64,000 nucleotides of DNA from Azolla caroliniana (lineage: Eukaryota > Plantae > Polypodiophyta). Of the stretch, positions 24,692 to 37,294 are shown piece after piece (positions within the stretch are counted from its first letter, which is position 1; each line of letters begins with the position of its first letter). Position numbers and translations under genes: made by a program. The stretch spans positions 2,542,001 to 2,606,000 of the forward strand of contig JBHGNT010000013.1 of the NCBI GenBank assembly GCA_043228905.1, written 5' to 3'. The notes beneath the pieces are model-generated. The model made no database searches. It was not told the origin of the DNA and saw nothing but the letters and a program-made list of their open reading frames with translations.

Positions 24692-25114
24692 TGTCAGGAA
24701 TAGTACTAAAGCAAAGATGGAATTAGTACTAAGAAGAGTAGTACTATTAGTACTAAGAGGATGGGACTACGTGAGATTCTCGAGAGAGGAAGTGAGAAGA
24801 GGAGAGAGAGAGATAGATGATGACAGCAGCTAATATAATATGTGAAAAGATAAGTACAAAGCGGCTGAGAGGCTTAAGACTGGTGTTGAACCAATTTGGT
24901 TCAACATAATGCCTAGTGCCTTCTTTTATAGTGTTGTCAGGAGTAATCCTGAAACTTCTAGAATGTTCTAGAGAAATCTGGAATATACATTACTTTCTTA
25001 TAATAAAACATAAATGAAAATAATATCCTATGAATTACAATAGATGGTGTGATGGTTAAGAGCTCGACCCATATACCATAAGGTCATGGGTTCGAGTCTT
25101 GCCATATCATGACA
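24692..25114 (-). repeat. 3' LTR of element D
   Basis: Direct repeat of 29925-30347. Confidence 0.96.
25038..25110 (+). other. tRNA-like sequence, antisense at the U3 end of the Tcn1-like LTR (also 30271-30343 +, 47603-47675 -, 52834-52906 -)
   Basis: A-box TGGTGTGATGG at 25045 and B-box GGTTCGAGTCT at 25089, 44 nt apart as in tRNA genes. Confidence 0.7.
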
Positions 25115-25158
25115 CTATCTCCCCCTTAAAGACGACGAGTGGAACGAGTCGGCGCTGA

Positions 25159-28100
25159 CTACGGACCGGGTTTGTCCGGATACTTTTGCTGAAAATCAGC
25201 AAGCAGATCCTGAGCATTGGCAACATGCTCGACGGGTTCCCAAGTGCGTTCGCTCGGACTATAACCAACCCAATCGACCAAATAATAAAGTTTGTTGCAA
25301 ATAAGTTTGGAATCGAGGATGGCCGCAACGTCATACTCCGGGCCGGCGTCCAACTCCAACGGGGGCGGCGGTGGTGTAACACGATCGGGAATGGTGTTTA
25401 CTTTATAAGGTTCAAGAAGAGAACAATGGAAAACCGGATGTATCTGAAGCTGCAGAGGGAGATCAAGGCGGAATGTGACATCATTAACTTTACCCGTAAT
25501 ACGGAAAGGACCGAGTCGTCGATAATCCAACTTGTGGCACGGTCGAGTAGTCTTGATGTGACGACGTAAGAGCCATACTCGATCTCCGATGGCAAAAGAG
25601 GAGGGAAGCCGATGACGATCCGTGTAAGTCTTCTATGTCTGTTGAGCATGACGAAGATGAGTCGAGAGGTCTGTCTGGATCTTGCGTAGTCTCTCCAAAT
25701 CATCCCCGGCACGAGGATTGGTAGGTAGCTCAGGGGTGTTGATCACCGACCAGCGAGGATGAGAACCGGTATAAGCGTAGAATGGGGAGACTCGAGTCGA
25801 GGAGTGAACAACATTATTATACGCAAACTCCGCAAAGTGGAGAATCTCGGCCCAATCGTCCTGTTGATAACTCAGGAAACACCGGAGATATTGCTCCAGC
25901 GTTTGGTTTGTTCGTTCTGCCTGCCCATCGGTCTAAGGATGGTAGCCGGAGGAGAGGTTGCAAGAGACCTTGACCATCTTGAAGAGATGCTGCCAAAATT
26001 TGGAGACAAATTGCGGTCCTCGATCATTGATGATACTGTCTGGGAGGCCATGATGCCGAAATACCTCACGCATGACTAGGGCGGTGGTTTCCTCGCTAGT
26101 GATGGCCTTAGTACACGGAACAAAATGTGCCATCTTCGTATATCGATCGACGACGGTTAAGATAGCATCGAACCCCTGCGAGACCAGCAGATCTGTGATA
26201 AAATCAAGACAAATAGACTGCCACGGCTTACTTGGAATCGGTAAGGGTTCTAACAAGCCATATGGATGGTGTCGTGGCATCTTTGCTCGGCAGCAAGCAT
26301 CACAGGTCCGAATGTAGTCATCGACAAAACGGCGCATGTGGGGCCACCAAAAAGATCGCTGCACTAGCTCCAACGTCTTAGTACTTCCGAAATGTCCCGC
26401 CGTATGGGTGTCGTGACAATGCTAGACGATTTGAAGGCGACAGGAGCAATCGGGGACATATACGCGCTTTTTAAAGAATAACAAACCATCATGATATTCG
26501 AATTGTCGGTAGTCAATACCTGGTTGTTGAGACTGAGAATAGGATGCCCGAGAAGTATCAATGTGCGCCAGGATGTCTTGAGCAAAACTATCCGTCTTCA
26601 AGTTTGCATGTATGTCATCGGTAATCCGTGAATCCATCGGGGTGTGAAAAATCCGTGTCGTGTGCAATCGTGTTGGTCCCAAGATTACTTGCTTTTGATT
26701 ATCAAATGTTGGATCACCAGGACGAGGTGCAAGATATGTACGTCGTGATAGTGCATCTGCTTTTTTTTGCTGCTTCCCCAATCAATATGTGATTTTGAAG
26801 TCGAAACGCATGAGGAATTGCGCCCACCGAGCTTGCCGTCGATTTAGTACGCGAGCGTTCTGGAAATAAGCAAGATTTTTATGATCACTAAAGACAACGA
26901 CCTGATGTGGAGAGCCCTCTAAGAAATGCCGCCATTGCACAAATGAATCCACGATGGCTAATAACTCCTTGTCATGTATTTCGTAGTTGATTTCCGCAAC
27001 ATCGAATTTGCGCGAATGGAAAGCCACCGGATGCAACTCTTCTTTATCTCCTTGTTGAGAAAGGATGCTACCGAGGGCGAAATCTGAAGCATCGGCCTCC
27101 ATGATGAATGGTTTGCTAGTATCCACATGAGCTAGAATCGGTGCTAATGTAAAGGCTTTCTTAAGATGCCGAAAAGCCATATCTGCTTCAATGGACCAAA
27201 GAAATGCTTGGCCCTTCTTCGTAAGTTGTGTGAGGGGTAGGATAATCTTCGAGTAATCCTGTATAAACTTACAGTAGAAGTTAGCAAAACCTAGAAAACA
27301 TTGTACATCTCGTACCGACCGTGGAATTTGCCACTCTAGTACAGTTTGGACTTTAGCTGGATCCATGGCGATGCCCTTTGAGGAGATGACGTAGCCTAGA
27401 AATTCCACTTGCTTGCAGTCAAAGCTACATTTTTCTAGCTTGGCATAAAGACCATTCTCGCGGAGTCGCTTTAGTACTAATATTACATGAGAATCGTGCT
27501 CTTGTTGGGTCTTCGAATAAATCAATAGATCATCAAGATAGATGATCAAACAGATATCCAAGAGGTCTCTGAATATATCATTTGCCATGTGTTGGAAGAC
27601 TGCGGGTGCATTGGTTAGGCCAAACGACATAACAGTATACTCGAAATGCCCGTACCGCATGCGAAAGGCGGTCTTCCATTCATCTCCCGGTCGGATCCGC
27701 ACGAGGTTATACGCTCCTCGTAGATCGATTTTGGTAAAAAACTTGGCACCATTAACTCGCTCTAAAAGACTTGATATAAGAGGAAGTGCATACCTATTCC
27801 GGATGGTGACCTTATTCAATCCGCGGTAATCAACGACGAGACGAAGTGAGCCATCTTTCTTCTTGACAAAGAAGATGGGTGCACCGGCCGGAGATTTCGA
27901 ATGACGGATGAACCCGCTTGCCAAGTTCTCCTCTATGTAGGCTCGAAGGACTTCTAACTCGGTGGGTGACAAGTTGTAAATTGGTCCCCATGGTGGCTCG
28001 GTTCCTGGTTGTAAATCGATGGGACAGTCATAGGGACGGTGACGAGGAAGGGTACCGGCTTTTACCTTGTCAAATACATCGGCATAACGATGATATTTTG

Positions 28101-28696
28101 CCGGAATTTGTACTGAGGAGTCCTTCTTAATAGTGCTGGAAGGATGTACTGATATTGCAAATAGGAACATTGCCTCCTTGTGTCCTTCTTCGCGTAATTG
28201 ATGGAGTGAAATGGTCGAAACTCGGTGAGTAGATTCTTGGGGTGGTCGATATCGGACTTCTCCTGTTCTCCAATCTATGGCTGGATTATGTAATTCAAAC
28301 CAAGGTAATCCTAGGACAATGGGATGCTCTGGACTACTAATTATATTAAATGATATTACACACAAAACTACCTAGGACAACTTGAATGGGTTCAGATTCT
28401 TCTACAATATTCCCGGAAGCAATGGGACGACCATCAATGACTACTAGAGATGCGGGACAAGGAAGTTTTCTTAGGGATATCTGAGAAGCTTGGGCAAAAT
28501 TTCGATCCATGAAACAGGAATTAGCTCCGGAATCTAAGAGTGCTAGGACGGGTACTGGAGGAGTACTTTTAGTACTAACAATGACTTGGGCTAGGAACAC
28601 ATTGCTAGCTTGCTTGGAAGGAATGGAACCACTAATGGGCTGTACAGATCTAGGGCTGTTGTCCAACCAAACGGCTCCTATTTTGGCTGGACTCAA
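25159..28696 (-). pseudogene. Element D pol (PR, RT, RH, INT, group I chromodomain)
   Basis: LLDSGA, IYLDDLLIY, ADASD, GPF and EYDVAAILDS..YYLVDWVGY..TWEP. Confidence 0.93.
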
Positions 28697-29850
28697 TCGT
28701 TTAACTCTTCATCTAATTGACTAAGGATTTCAAATTTGTTTGAGATACTTGGGCTATTAGTACTATGAATACTATCTGACACTCTATTAGTACTATTAAT
28801 ACTATCAGACACTCCGGAGGGAAGAATTGACTCGGGTTTAGTACAAGCGACGATTTGATTTACCTGTCTTCTTGGCCTATGGCGACAATTGATGATGATA
28901 TGCCCTGGTCCACCGCAATAAAGACATAATCGATTGGCACGTCGTCGTTGCTTTTCTTCTTCCGATAACGGGCCGCGTTGACGCATGGTGTCGATCTCCA
29001 TCGGTGTCAGAATATTGGCTTGGGGTACATCATGTGCAAACGGTTTAGCCGTGACTCAAGCGTATGTGGGTTCCGGCCGAGAGCGTGGTATTTGTAACTG
29101 ACGCTCCGAACGCCGTTCGAAAAGGCGGTTGTCGCATCGGACCGCTCGACTGATGGCCTCCGTAAGAGACTTTGGTTCTTCGTGGAAGGTTAAAAGCAGA
29201 TCTTTGACATCATTGCGCAAGCCGTAGCGAAACTGCTCCATGAGGGCCTGATCATCCCAGGGAATATCCGAGGCGAGTAGACGGAAATTTGCCGCGTAGG
29301 CAGAGGCTGGACGATCGCCTTGACGCAATCTTCGGATCTTGTTGATCGTCGTCCTGATGCTGTCGGTATCTCCAAAGTAGGCTTTAAACTCACCAATAAA
29401 ATCTTCAAAGTTATTAAGCAAGGGTGATTGTTTTTCTAGAAGCGGAGCGAACCATGCCAAGGCTGAGCCGCTAAGTAACGTGCCTATTAGGCCGACTCGA
29501 GATGCATCAGTGGGATATCGAGAAGTATGCATCTGGATGACTAAGCGTACCTGATTAAGGAATCCCCAGAATTGCGATCGTGTTCCCTCAAATTTCACAG
29601 GAAGTCCAATCTTGGGCTCTTTATGAAATCCTTGGGGACTTGATCCTTATTGTTGCAACGCTGCTTCGAGTTGTTGTACCCGTAATGCTAACTCCCCATG
29701 TTGTTGTTGCGTTTGTTGTTTTTCGAGAGCAATTTGTTGCAGATCCCCTATCAACCGTTGGTTTTCTTGTTCCAGGGCAACACACTTTTCTTTTAGGCAC
29801 TGTAACTCGGAGAAAATGGATTGATATTCTTGGGCGCTAACAGTAGCCAT
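28693..29850 (-). pseudogene. Element D gag (PEG10/Rtl-like capsid plus CCHC)
   Basis: KFEGTRSQF, LSGSALAW, LRQG, PMEID and CLYCGGPGHIIINC. Confidence 0.9.
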
Positions 29851-29924
29851 AGTATAGGGAAAAGGGTAGGAGGATGAGGGAGAACGACAAGTAGGCTGGA
29901 GGAAAGGAAGAAATTGGTTCAAAC

Positions 29925-30347
29925 TGTCAGGAATAGTACTAAAGCAGAGATGGATTTAGTACTAAGAAGAGTAGTACTATTAGTACTAAGAGGACGGGAC
30001 CGCGTGAGATTCCCGAGAGAGGAAGTGAGAAGAGGAGAGAGAGAGATAGATGATGACAGCAGCTAATATATTATGTGAAAAAATAAGTACAAAGCGGCTG
30101 AGAGGCTCAAGACTGGCGTTGAACCAATTTGGTTCAACATAATGCCTAGTGCCTTCTTTTATAGTGTTGTCAGGAGTAATCCTGAAACTTCTAGAATGTT
30201 CCAGAGAAATTTGGAATATACATTACTTTCTTATAATAAAACATAAATGAAAATAATATCCTATGAATTACAATAGATGGTGTGATGGATAAGAGCTCGA
30301 CCCATATACCATAAGGTCATGGGTTCGAGTCTTGCCATATCATGACA
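29925..30347 (-). repeat. 5' LTR of element D
   Basis: Direct repeat of 24692-25114. Confidence 0.96.
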
Positions 30348-30774
30348 AGAATAGCTCTTATTTATAGGGTCTCTATGGCTTGCTTTATTTTTCTCCTCAA
30401 CAAAAGCTTGTCTATATGAGTCGCGTTTTAATTCGATCATTATTTTATTTTTGTAAGTCCAAATTAGACATAGAAGTAATTTTTGGAAATCCCTTTGCAT
30501 TAGCTTTCTTATGGATATTTTCTTGTCTAATTTGGACATTGGATAAGGAAATTATGAGCTTTTCTCTCTACCTTGCTCCTCAATTCCACGCCTTGCGTTG
30601 TTTTTTTTTTCTTACTTTTTCTATTTTTATCTACTTTTGAAAAACCGCTTCTACCTTACTATCTTTTCATCATTTATTACAAAAGTTGACTTTGCAGTAT
30701 TAGTTTATTTGGACCACTACTTTATTCTTTTTTGAGGGTGGTTTCTCACTGTGTCGAAAACCTCATGACAACGC

Positions 30775-31332
30775 TCTTTTGGCCTTCGAGCTCGTCTAGA
30801 TCTCCTGGGTGTCATAATATCTGGTTCGGATCCTTCGATCGGTTCCGATTGACGATCGATCGGTATTTGTTGAACTAGTTGTGTCAGGAGTCTTGTCAGG
30901 CGTCCCGCCCCTGGTTTGGGATTTCGACGGTGTCTGGTTGTCCTCCCCTGTGGTTGTTGTCGACTCTTTTCTAACTTGTTTCTTGGTGACTTTGCCTTTA
31001 TATATCATGGTTGATTCGGTTGTGTCTTTGATGACTTTGTCTTTGAGTTCGACGATAGGACTTGTTGCCGATTCGGTGTCGGCAGGGAAGTTGATAGCTT
31101 GCTGGAGTTCGACTATTTGTCGAGTCTCCGATTCGGCCCAGTGGGTCGGTCCTTCTACGACAATGTTGTCATCTTCGAAGGATGCCTTCTTACCAATTGT
31201 TCTCTGTTGGTTCCGCTAAGAGAAGATAGAGTCTTCATTGAAGACTAAGTCGCTGCTCCAGATCAATTTCCAGGTCTCAGGGTCCGAATATACAAAGCCT
31301 ATCGTAGGTCGGTTGTTTGCTTGACCATAGTG
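30775..31332 (-). pseudogene. Copia B integrase C-terminus and linker
   Basis: Continues LEVPQ|ALWSSKQPTYDRLCIFG across the Copia C insertion and RRARRPKER|YQPGLNYV across the 23622-30770 insert. Confidence 0.8.
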
Positions 31333-31337
31333 CCTGT

Positions 31338-31698
31338 TGTTGGGAGACAGGTCTCTCCGGATGGGAAGGGAGAAGAACAGTGCCGACGAACAAACTCGGC
31401 CGAGGCCGATAGGCCAAGGCCGAATCCGGATGAGGAGTACCCGGCTACGGAGAGCCAGATGGTGCAGGCCCGGTGTGAACCGGATGAGGAGTACCCGGCT
31501 ACGGAGAGCCGGATGGTGCAGGCCCGGTATGAACCGGAGGAAGAGACATATTCATAAATATGTTTCTGAGAGCCCATCGAGGCTATATTTGTAAATAGCC
31601 GAAAAGTCATATTAGTATAAATATGACTTAGGGCAAACTTTTAAGTGTTGTTGTCATTCTTCCTTGTTGGTGCAAGAAGAAGAGAGAGCGCATAACTG

Positions 31699-31740
<42 letters not shown>

Positions 31741-32014
31741 GGTCGTTGCCTCTGTTGTAACCGCCGCCTGTGGCGAAGATCGTGAGTCCGAGGTCGTTGC
31801 CTCCGTGTACTCACTGTTTTGTACATTCATACATAGTGACAGTTTGCAGCCTATGGGCTGCCGTGGTTTTTCCCCTAATTTGGGGTTTTCCACATAAACC
31901 TCCTGTGTACCATTTCTTTTTCTTTGTGTCGTATTCTATTTCCCGTTTTCTGTGTATGAAAAGAATCTCGGTTGTGGCCGAGTCTTGCGCATAAGGAACG
32001 ACAAGTTCCCTTCA
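31338..32014 (+). repeat. 5' LTR of Copia C
   Basis: TGTTGGGAG...TTCA; contains a 54-bp tandem duplication at 31426-31533. Confidence 0.93.
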
Positions 32015-32043
32015 AGTGGTATCAGAACAAAACGACACAGAAA

Positions 32044-35000
32044 ATGGACGAATCGTTTGGCGGCATGTTCAAGCTCACCGGCTCCAACTATTCAGTGTGG
32101 AAGTCGAAGATGAGGGACATGCTCGTGGTTAAAGACCTCTGGTTGCCGGTTCAGTTCGGGGACAAGAGACCGGACAAAATCGACGCCGCGATATGGGAGG
32201 TGATGCACATGAAGACAACGGCGTACATATGGTGCTTCATCGACATGAGCCTATACAACAACTTCAATGAAGAGAGCAAGGCTCATGAGCTTTGGGAGAA
32301 GATCGGCATAATGTTCCAGAACAAAAATGCGGTCAATCAGGTGTCGGTATTCCGGAAGCTAGTAAAACTCCAGTACCAAGATGGCTCCAGCATGGCGGAG
32401 CACATGAATGCCTTCTAGGGGCTGATACACCAGGCAACGTCATTGGAAGTACCTCTTGCCGACGAGGTACTAGCGCTACTCCTGCTCGGTTCCCTCCCGG
32501 ATAGCTAGGAGACGTTGGTTGTCACTTTGGGCAACGTCGGGCCGAAAGGAAAACAGTTATCCCTAGCAAGAGTAAAGTCGACCTTGCTAGATGAGGAGGC
32601 GCGTCGGAAAGACAAAGATACGAGCTCCGACTCCAAAGCGCTCCTTACCGAATCGGAACGCGGAAGACATAGAAACCGTAGTCCTCAGAACCGGGAGAAG
32701 TCGGGGACACGGTCAAAGTCAAGGGGGAGGCCTACTTGCTTCTATTGCGGCAAGCCGGGACACTTCCAAAAGAACTGTCGTCATTTCCGTAAAGACAAGG
32801 AAACCGACGGTACCGATTGGAAGCAAACCCCGGACCGGAACGGTAAAGACCGGAGGGGGCCGGACCGGAAGGGAACGACGGCAATCGCAGCAAGTGAAGA
32901 AGAGTTGATGCTCATCACCAAGGAGAGTGAGATGAACCTTGCCGGCGACGAGATGACCTGGGTGGTAGACTCCGGAGCATCGTTCCACCTTACCCCGGAC
33001 CGGAAATGCTTCTCATCCTACTCAGTCGGTGACCACGGCTGTGTCCGGATGGGGAATGAAGGTACATGCCGAATTATCGGCATAGGAGACGTGTGGTTGT
33101 CAACACCAACAGGATGCAAGTTGCTACTGAAGGATGTCCAACACGTTCCGAAAGTTCGTCTGAACCTGATATCACCCGGCCGGCTAGATGATGAAGGCTA
33201 CACGGGTAGCATCCGGAACGGTGTCATGAAGTTCAGCAAAGGGAGTCTGATTGTGGCTCGGGCCCGGAAGGTAAACACATTGTACCTGATGAATGCCCGG
33301 TTATGTCCGGAAGAAGTGAACGTGGCTTCGGACACTGCCAGTGAGCTGTGGCACAAGAGGCTGTGTCATATGAGCGAGAAGGGGATGAAGAGGCTTGCAG
33401 ACGACAACCTCATTCCAGTGAAGAACGTGCACTTGGAGAAGTGCACTGATTGTCTGGCCGGTAAGCAAAACCGGACCTCCTTCCGACCAAGGCCACCGAT
33501 GAGACGTAATGCACCACTGGAGCTGGTGCATACGGATGTGTGTCAAGTAGACACGAAGTCACATGCCGGAGCGCAGTACTTCGTGACGTTCATAGATGAC
33601 CACAGCCGGAAGTTGTGGGCCACACCGTTGAAGACAAAGGATCGGGTGTTATCCGTCTTCAAAGAGCTCCACGCGAGAGTGGAAAGAGAAACCAGCCGGA
33701 AGCTGAAGGCGGTTCGAGCAGATAACGGGGGAGAATACCGGGGGCAGTTCGAGGAGTACTGCCGCTTGAAGGGAATCCGGCTCGAATTTACCGTGCCGAA
33801 GACACCGGAACTAAACGGATTGGCTGAGAGGATAAACCGGACCGTAATGGAGAGGGTCCAGAGTATGCTAGCGCATGCAAAACTACCCAAGAAGTTTTGG
33901 GCTGAGGCACTGTCGACGGCGACATACGTGATAAATAGATCACCCTCAGTACCCTTGGACGGAGACACGCCACAAAGAGTATGGACCGGTAAGGAAGTGT
34001 CCTACCGGCATCTGAGGGTGTTCAGGTGTCTCGTGTACGTGCATGTAGCAAAGGACCGGAGAGGAAAGTTAGATCCAAAGACCCGGCCATGCATATTCCT
34101 CAGTTACGGTGACGATGAGTTCGGCTACCGAGTGTGGGACCCGGTCGACAAGAAGGTATTCCGGAGTCGAGATATTATCTTCATGGACGACAAGACGCTC
34201 GCCGATTGGGAGTCGGAGAAGAAGATAATGAACTCCGAGTCGACCGGTAAGGATAGACTCTACGATGAGCAGACCCAATCGGCAAGAGACCGGTTAGCAC
34301 TCGAGGAACCAGCCGGTTACGGTGAGGATACCGAACCGGCAGAAGAAGAAGTAGAGGAAGCTGAGACCGGAACCGGCCAAGACCCCGAATCAGATTCGGA
34401 TGAAGAGCAAATGGAGGAGCTGGCTACCGAAGCCCGAAGACGTAGATATCCTCTCAGAGAGAGAAGGGCCCCCCGGAGATTTCCGGATGCAAAGCATGTT
34501 CTGCTGACCGATGAGGGGGAGCCGGAAAGCTTCGAAGAAGTGAAGGAAGACACCCACAGCCGAAAATGGTTAAGTGCCATGCAGGACGAGATGGATTCCT
34601 TGCATGAGACCCATACATACGAATTGGTGGAGTTGCCGAAAGGAAAGCGGGCACTCCGAAACAAGTGGGTGTACAAGTTCAAACCGGGAGATGCTGGCAA
34701 CCCCCCGAGATACAAAGCCAGGATCATGGTCAAGGGGTTCCAGCAGAAGAAGGGCGTGGACTTCGACAAGATATTTGCCCCGGTAGTAAAGATGACCTCC
34801 ATCCGGACGGTGCTGAGTATAGCAGCAAGCATGGACCTCGAGGTAGAGCAGTTGGACGTGAAGACGGCATTCCTTCACGGCGATCTCGAAGAGGAGATCT
34901 ACATGCAGCAACCGGAAGGATTTGTGGAGAAAGGGAAGGAGCACCTGGTATGCCGGTTGAAGAAGAGCCTATACGGACTGAAGCAGGCTCCCCGGCAATG

Positions 35001-36089
35001 GTATCGGAAGTTCGACTCCTTCATGACCGATCAAGGGTACCACAAGACACAGGCTGATCACTGCGTGTTTCTGAAGAAGTTCGAAGGAGGTGACTTCTTA
35101 ATACTCCTCCTATACGTGGATGACATGTTGATCGTCGGACGTGACCAAGTCAAAATACGGATGCTGAAGAAGGCTCTAAACCGGACCTTCTCAATGAAAG
35201 ACTTGGGTCCGGCAAGACAGATGTTGGGGATGCACATCATCCGTAACCGGAAAGCGAAGCAATTATGGCTGTCACAGGACAAGTACGTGACCAAGGTGCT
35301 TCACCGGTTCAACATGTCAGAAGCGAAACCGGTCGGATCGACACTTCCGGCAAACTGCAAGCTATCCGGTAAGCAAAGCCCGAGGACGAAAGCAGAGAAG
35401 GCGGATATGATGAAGATCCCATATGCCTCTGCCGTCGAGAGTTGATGTACGCAATGGTTTGTACTCGACCGAACATTGGATACGCAGTCGGAGTGGTGAG
35501 CCGGTTTATGAGCAATCCCGGGAAGGAGCACTGGAACGCGGTCAAGTGGATACTCCGGTATTTGAAGGGCACTTCAAATATGTGTCTCCGATTCGGCTTC
35601 AGAAAACCTCAACTGGACGGTTTCACCGATTCGAACATGTCAGCTGATGTGGATACCAGCCGGTCTACATCCGGGTATGTGATGACATATGCAGGGGGAG
35701 CTGTTTCGTGGCAGTCAAGGCTACAGAAGACGGTTGCATTGTCAACCACAGAGGCGGAGTACATGGCGGTTGTGGAAGCCGGCAAGGAAATATTATGGAT
35801 GAAGGACTTCATCGGAGAGCTCGGTATACGGCAAGAGGAATACCGACTCTATTGCGACAGTCAAAGTGCAATCCACCTTGCTAAAAATGCGGCCTACCAT
35901 TCCCGGACGAAGCATATCCAGCGGAGGTATCACTGGATCCGGGAAAGAGTAGATGACCAGGAGTTCGCACTGACGAAGATCCACATGGCCGAGAACGGGT
36001 CCGATATGTTGACCAAAGTGCTGACACCCGACAACCTGGATGCATGTCGGAAGAGAATCGGACTGGTAAGACACCCCATGCCAGAGTGA
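32044..36089 (+). pseudogene. Copia C gag-pol (gag, CCHC, PR, INT, RT, RH) with two stops in gag and one frameshift near 35440
   Basis: ORFs 31972-32418, 32515-35445 and 35442-36089. Motifs: CFYCGKPGHFQKNC, WVVDSGAS, RADNGGEY, LYVDDML and NGSDMLTK. Confidence 0.95.
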
Positions 36090-36099
36090 AGGGGGATTT

Positions 36100-37289
36100 T
36101 GTTGGGAGACAGGTCCCTCCGGATGGGAAGGGAGAAGAACAGTGCCGAATGTTGGGAATCGACGCTCCGATTAACCTTCACCACTCGGCCACAACCGAGT
36201 AAGCGCGAATCGATGCAGCAGAAAATAGGAACCACATGGAGAGAAACACGAATACACAGGGATTAACGTGGAAAACCCTAGACGGGAAAAACCACGGGAG
36301 TACAAGACTCCAAACCAACACTATGCACAGAGAAATATACAATGGCGAGCTGCAAGGCGACGACCTTGAGCTCGCTGTCCTCGCCACAGGCGGCGGAAAT
36401 ACACAGAGGCGTCGTCCTCTTCCTCTCTCACGCTCTATCTCTCTCTCTCTCTCTCACGGCTGCTCCCTCTTCACTCCTCTTGAGTGGAAAAACAGAAAAA
36501 TGATCAGCAGCAGTAAAACTGTTTGCCCTAAGTCATATTTATACTCATATGACTTTGGGGCTATTTACAACTATAGCCTCAGAGGCCCTTGGCAAACATA
36601 TTCACAGATATGTCCCCGCATCCGGATCTCTCTCCGGGTACATTCGTCATCCGGCTCCGAAGCCGGGGTCTTCATCATCCGGTTCCGAAACCGAAACCGG
36701 GCTTGTCGGCATTCATCTCCGACATCCAACCATCCCATCCGAAGGGACCGTAATCCCAACACCGACGAATCCGGATGAGGAGTACCCGGCTACGGAGAGC
36801 CAGATGGTGCAGGCCCGGTATGAACCGGAGGAAGAGACATATTCGTAAATATGTTTCTGAGAGCCCATCGAGGCTATATTTGTAAATAGCCGAAAAGTCA
36901 TATTAGAATAAATATGACTTAGGGCAAACTTTTAAGTGTTGTTGTCATTCTTCCTTGTTGGTGCAAGAAGAAGAGAGAGCGCGTAACTGTACAGAGAGAG
37001 AGAGAGAGAGAACGAGGTCGTTGCTTCTGTTGTAACCGCCGCCTATGGAGAAGATCGTGAGTCCGAGGTCGTTGCCTCCGTGTACTCACTGTTTTGTACA
37101 TTCATACATAGTGACAGTTTGCAACCTGTGGGCTGCCGTGGTTTTTCCCCTAGTTTGGGGTTTTCCTCGTAAACCTCCTGTGTACCATTTCTTTTTCTTT
37201 GTGTCGTATTCTATTTCCCGTTTTCTGTGTATGAAAAGAATCTCGGTTGTGGCCGAGTCTTGTGCATAAGGAACGACAAGTTCCCGTCA
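36100..37289 (+). repeat. 3' LTR of Copia C, interrupted by a solo LTR
   Basis: 36100-36149 plus 36762-37289 match the 5' LTR. Confidence 0.92.
36150..36761 (-). mobile_element. Solo LTR (612 bp) of a related Tork-like family, inverted
   Basis: TGTTGGGA...TCCCAACA, TSD CCGAA/CCGAC. The minus-strand start resembles the LTR starts at 46707 and 53621. Confidence 0.85.
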
Positions 37290-37294
37290 CCTGT

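Larger units (their letters stand above)
24692..30347 (-). mobile_element. Tcn1-like chromovirus D (5656 bp), full length, decayed
   Basis: 423-bp LTRs 24692-25114 and 29925-30347 (about 13 differences by eye); perfect TSD AGAAT; PPT 25115-25127; non-tRNA PBS 29911-29923. Confidence 0.95.
23807..30770 (-). mobile_element. Solo LTR (~1.3 kb) split by the Tcn1-like element; termini resemble the 4058-5124 solo LTR
   Basis: The minus strand reads TGTCATGAGG...GCCACACCACGAAA versus TGTCGTGAAG...GCCACACCACTACA. 4-bp TSD ACGT/ACGC; TATA-like CTATAAAT on minus near 30360-30367. Confidence 0.65.
31338..37289 (+). mobile_element. Tork/Tnt1-like Copia C, full length, nearly intact
   Basis: LTRs 31338-32014 and 36100-37289; perfect TSD CCTGT; PBS TGGTATCAGA at 32017; PPT GAAGGGGGA at 36088. 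Confidence 0.95.

Noticed and set aside
25038-25110. Functional tRNA gene or a firm isotype call
   Set aside because: The anticodon and acceptor stems do not pair well. The resemblance to Met-type tRNAs is too weak to assign.
23616-30772. A single element bounded by a GATAA/GACAA target duplication
   Set aside because: The left end has no terminal signature. Filler + NUPT + solo LTR with a 4-bp TSD fits better, given the terminal match to 4058-5124.
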